Notes under the pieces: model-generated
Seen by the model: the letters and a program-made list of their open reading frames with translations, nothing else
What the model was told of the DNA's origin: nothing
The model's database searches: none
Assembly: GCF_006345805.1 (NCBI RefSeq)
Contig: NC_043005.1
Location: 12,896,001 to 12,960,000 of the forward strand
Direction of reading: 5' to 3'
Source of the DNA: Octopus sinensis
Taxonomy: Eukaryota
DNA length: 64,000 nt
In this document: positions 62,401 through 64,000 of the stretch, in pieces
Position numbering within the stretch: the stretch's first letter is position 1
How the letters are laid out: each line of letters begins with the position of its first letter
Position numbers and translations under genes: made by a program

Positions 62401-63926
62401 AACTTACGTTGACTGTCGACGTCTAATTGTTGACTAGTGATATTCTCCCGTTTACTGTCGATGCGTCCGTCTTGATCCGTGATGCTCCCTCGAGGACTGA
62501 CGACGATTCCTTCTTGACTTGTGATGCTCCCTCGTTTACTGCCGATGTGTCCTTCTTGACTTGTAACGCTCTCTCGTTGACTTTTGACACCACCTTCTTC
62601 ACTAATAATGCCCTCTCGTTGACTGTTAACGTCTAATTGTTGACCAGGGACACTCTCTCGAGGACTGTCGACGGTTCCTTCTTGACAAGTGATGCTCTCT
62701 CGTTGTCTTTTGATGATACCTTCTTCACTAATGATGCATTCTCGTTGACTATCAGCATCTAATTGTTCATCAGTCACTCGAGGACTGTCGACCATTCCTT
62801 GTTGACCTGTGATGATCTCCCGTTTACTGTCGATCTCTCCTTCTTGACTAGGAATGCTCTCTCGTTGACTTTTGACGTCACCTTCTTTACTAGGACCTTC
62901 GACGAATATTTGAGGACTAGCGTTGCTCCCTCGTCTTCTGTTGATGAGACCTTCTTGACTAGTAATGCTCTCTCGCTGACTTTTGACATCACCTTCTTCA
63001 CTACTGATAAACTCACGTTGACTGTCGACGTCTAATTGTTGACTAGTGATATTCTCTCGTGGACTGTCGACGATCCCCTGTTGACTTGTGATGCCCTCTT
63101 GTTTACTGTCGACCTCTCCTTCTTGACAAGTGATGCTCTCTTGCTGATTGGTGACATCTTGTTCCTTACTAGTGGAGCTTTCTCGGCGACTGTCGACGTC
63201 TACTTGTTGACCAGTGATGCTCTCTCTTTGACTGTCGACGTCTACATGTTCTCTAGTGATGCTCTCTTGTTGAATGTTGGTGTCTCCTTTCTCACTAGTG
63301 ATGGTTTCCTGCCGACTCTCGACGTCTACTTTTTGACTAGCGATGCTCTCTCGTTTGCTGTCGATCTCTGCGTGTTGACTCGGGATGCTTTCTCGCCGAC
63401 TCTCGACGTTTACTTGTTGACTAGCGACGCTCTCTCTTTTGCTGTCGATCTCTGCGTGTTGACTCGGGATGCTTTCTCGCCGACTCTCGACGTCTACTTT
63501 TTGACTAGCGACGCTCTCTCGTTTGCTGTCGATCTCTGCGTGTTGACTCGGGATGCTTTCTCGCCGACTCTCGACGTCTACTTTTTGACTAGCGACGCTC
63601 TCTCGTTTGCTGTCGATCTCTGCGTGTTGACTCGGGATGCTTTCTCGCGGACTCTCGACGTCTACTTTTTGACTAGCGACGCTCTCTCGTTTGCTGTCGA
63701 TCTCTGCGTGTTGACTCGGGATGCTTTCTCGCCGACTCTCGACGTCTACTTTTTGACTAGCGACGCTCTCTCGTTTGCTGTCGATCTCTGCGTGTTGACT
63801 CGGGATGCTTTCTCGCCGACTCTCGACGTCTACTTTTTGACTAGCGACGCTCTCTCGTTTGCTGTCGATCTCTGCGTGTTGACTCGGGATGCTTTCTCTC
63901 GCCGACTCTCGACGTCTACTTTTTGA
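56460..63926 (-). CDS. Giant, probably terminal, exon of a disordered 14-aa tandem-repeat protein (S/Q/R/E/G/D/I-rich) with a non-repetitive Q/H/C-rich C-terminus; 5' end not in the window
   Basis: The 2111-aa track ORF starts at 62795. I read the frame as open to 63926 (checked line by line to ~63360, inferred through the uniform 84-bp units beyond), about 2,488 codons. Diverged units keep frame; no product family recognised. Confidence 0.8.
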   Translation of the reverse strand, partial: SKSRRRESARESIPSQHAEIDSKRESVASQKVDVESRRESIPSQHAEIDSKRESVASQKVDVESRRESIPSQHAEIDSKRESVASQKVDVESPRESIPSQHAEIDSKRESVASQKVDVESRRESIPSQHAEIDSKRESVASQKVDVESRRESIPSQHAEIDSKRESVASQQVNVESRRESIPSQHAEIDSKRESIASQKVDVESRQETITSEKGDTNIQQESITREHVDVDSQRESITGQQVDVDSRRESSTSKEQDVTNQQESITCQEGEVDSKQEGITSQQGIVDSPRENITSQQLDVDSQREFISSEEGDVKSQRESITSQEGLINRRRGSNASPQIFVEGPSKEGDVKSQRESIPSQEGEIDSKREIITGQQGMVDSPRVTDEQLDADSQRECIISEEGIIKRQRESITCQEGTVDSPRESVPGQQLDVNSQREGIISEEGGVKSQRESVTSQEGHIGSKRGSITSQEGIVVSPRGSITDQDGRIDSKRENITSQQLDVDSQRKFISSEEGDVKSQRESIPSQEGLINRRRGSNASPQILVEGPSQEGDLKSHRESITSQEEEIESKWEIITGQQGMVDSPRVTDEQLDADSQRECIISEEGVVKSQRESITSQQGTVDVPRESVTGQQLDVDSQQEGIISEDGEVKRQRESIPSQEGRIDSKRGSNTGQQEIAVSPRGSTTSQEGRIGSKRGSNTDQQGIVVSPRGSTTSQEGRIDSKRGSNTGQQEIAVSPRGSTTGQEGRIDSKRGSNTGQQEIALSPRGSTTSQEGGIDSKRGSNTGQQEIAVSPRGSTTSQEGRIDSKRGSNTGQQEIAVSPRGSTTGQEGRIDSKRGSSTDQQGIAVSPRGSTTSQEGRIDCKRGSNTGQQEIAVSPRGSTTGKEGRIDSKRGSSTDQQGIAVSPRGSTTGQEGRIDSKRGSNTGQQEIAVSPRGSTTGQEGRIDSKRGSSTDQQGIAVSPRGSTTSQEGRIDSKRGSKTSQQGIVVSPRRSTTSQEGRIDSKRGSKTSQQGIVVSPRGSTTSQEGRIDSKRGSKTSQQGIVVSPRGSTTSQVGRIDSKRGSMTTPQGTVDSPRDDITNQQFDVEGQREDIIGEEGDVKCPRESITRQEGRIDSKKESATGQQRIDFTPQESITSQEGRIDSKRGSITSQQGNVITPRVSNTSLERRIDSKRGSKTSQQRIVVSPRGSITSQQGNVFTPRESLTNLEGRIDSKRGSITSPQIYDASPRESIVSQLIYMNTQRDDIICEEGDVKAQRENITSQERIIDSQRVSITSQEEIVDSPREIITSQQLDVDSQREGIIGEEGDVKRPRESIPSQEGRIDSKRGSITSQQGIVVSPREDITSQKGLIDSKRGSITSQQGIVDSPRVTDEQLDADRQRECIISEEGVVKSQRKSITSQQETVGSPPESVTGQQLDVDSQREGIIGEEGDVKRPRESIPSQEGRIDSKRGSITSQQGIIVSPREDITSQKGLIDSKRGSITSQQGIVDSPRVTDEQLDADSQRECIISEESVVKSQRKSITSQQETVDSPRESATGQQLDVDSQREGIISEDGEVKRPRESIPSQEGRIDSKRGSITSQQGIVDSPREDITSQQLDVDSQREGIIGEEGDVKRPRESITSQEGRIDSKRGSITSQQAIVDSPREDITSQQLDVDSQREGIIGEEGDVKRPRESIPSQEGRTDSKRGSITSQQGIVDSPREDITSQQLDVDSQREGIIGEEGDVKRPRESIPSQEGRIDSKRGSITSQQGIVDSPREDITSQQLDVDSQREGIIGEEGDVKPQRESIPSQEGRIDSKRGSITSQQGIVVSPREDITNLEGRIDSKRGSIKSQQGIVDSPRKSITSQHLDVDSQRVGIIGEEGDVKREPESITGQEGRIDSKRGSITGQQGIIDSPRVTNEQLDADSQRECIIGEEGVVKSQRKSITSQQETVESPRESVTGQQLDVDSQREDIIGEKGDVKRPREGIPSHERGIDSYWKNITSERDVDSPRECINCQQRSIKIQRDIATSQGDVISQQEGYVKIQREGISTQNEAVKSQRESITYQGDVDSEREIISSQGILKYPRESISSQPGVCITSQQGESFTIHEGYGIIQRERITSQKETIPVHQETHTIEDGCLYSAHQQARPVSQERCLNSQAIYIDDQARHICQQAIFTNQNKEKSPSRSESSLSSEKGSAASLEESRSTSQEDLANQDGAILSEQRHITIQKVNPINKRMKPICQCADIPKIRMNIGTQQASLRNQQGHFTSQKRCSVCQQESRPIYRVIPCNRHVNHQINITKSNKCFTNQLSNFSQQADHSNEYQNLINHQRSLTSHQQSLSSQRNSLVKQEMAFSDLMQNPFTKQRTLTSPPDFYTKEHCIQYRSHPKEQIFRTGQQECASCRQVGLSSQERNNSQCVCHTSKHVCHDNKQHYHIRHQGGLTRPRVVPNRLKGCHFCNQQVAASASTGNSGFKTRCLPATMCVPPVRKGPCQITSIEVHHSMKKPQ

Positions 63927-64000
63927 CTAGCGACGCTCTCTCGTTTGCTGTCGATCTCTGCGTGTTGACTCGGGATGCTTTCTCTCGCCGACTCTCGACG

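Overview
This is repeat-saturated animal genomic DNA, most likely a coleoid cephalopod (octopus). That call is inference, from recalled tRNA-derived SINE families, very dense TA/TATG/AAT/GAT microsatellites and the retroelement spectrum. About 1-56.3 kb is intergenic and built of nested transposon relics: Tx1/L1-clade, CR1, RTE and R4/Dong (restriction-like endonuclease) LINE fragments; four tRNA-derived SINE families; an autonomous Helitron relic with five non-autonomous Helitrons; and maT/Tc1-mariner, hAT and Merlin-like MITEs. The only convincing host gene is on the minus strand at 56460-63926: one stop-free frame of about 2,490 codons encoding a hierarchical 14-aa tandem-repeat protein rich in SQ, SPR and KRGS motifs, followed by AATAAA and probably continuing beyond the window. 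Other highlights: a SINE whose 3' tail matches the 3' end of the Tx1 LINE in this window, with a hint of a shared GGTATT target; a second SINE/LINE pair with CR1; a LINE ORF1 split by a MITE; a ~250-bp near-perfect hairpin; and a head-to-head pair of tRNA-like cassettes. Most ORFs in the supplied track are microsatellite artefacts. All alignments were made by eye and no database searches were run.
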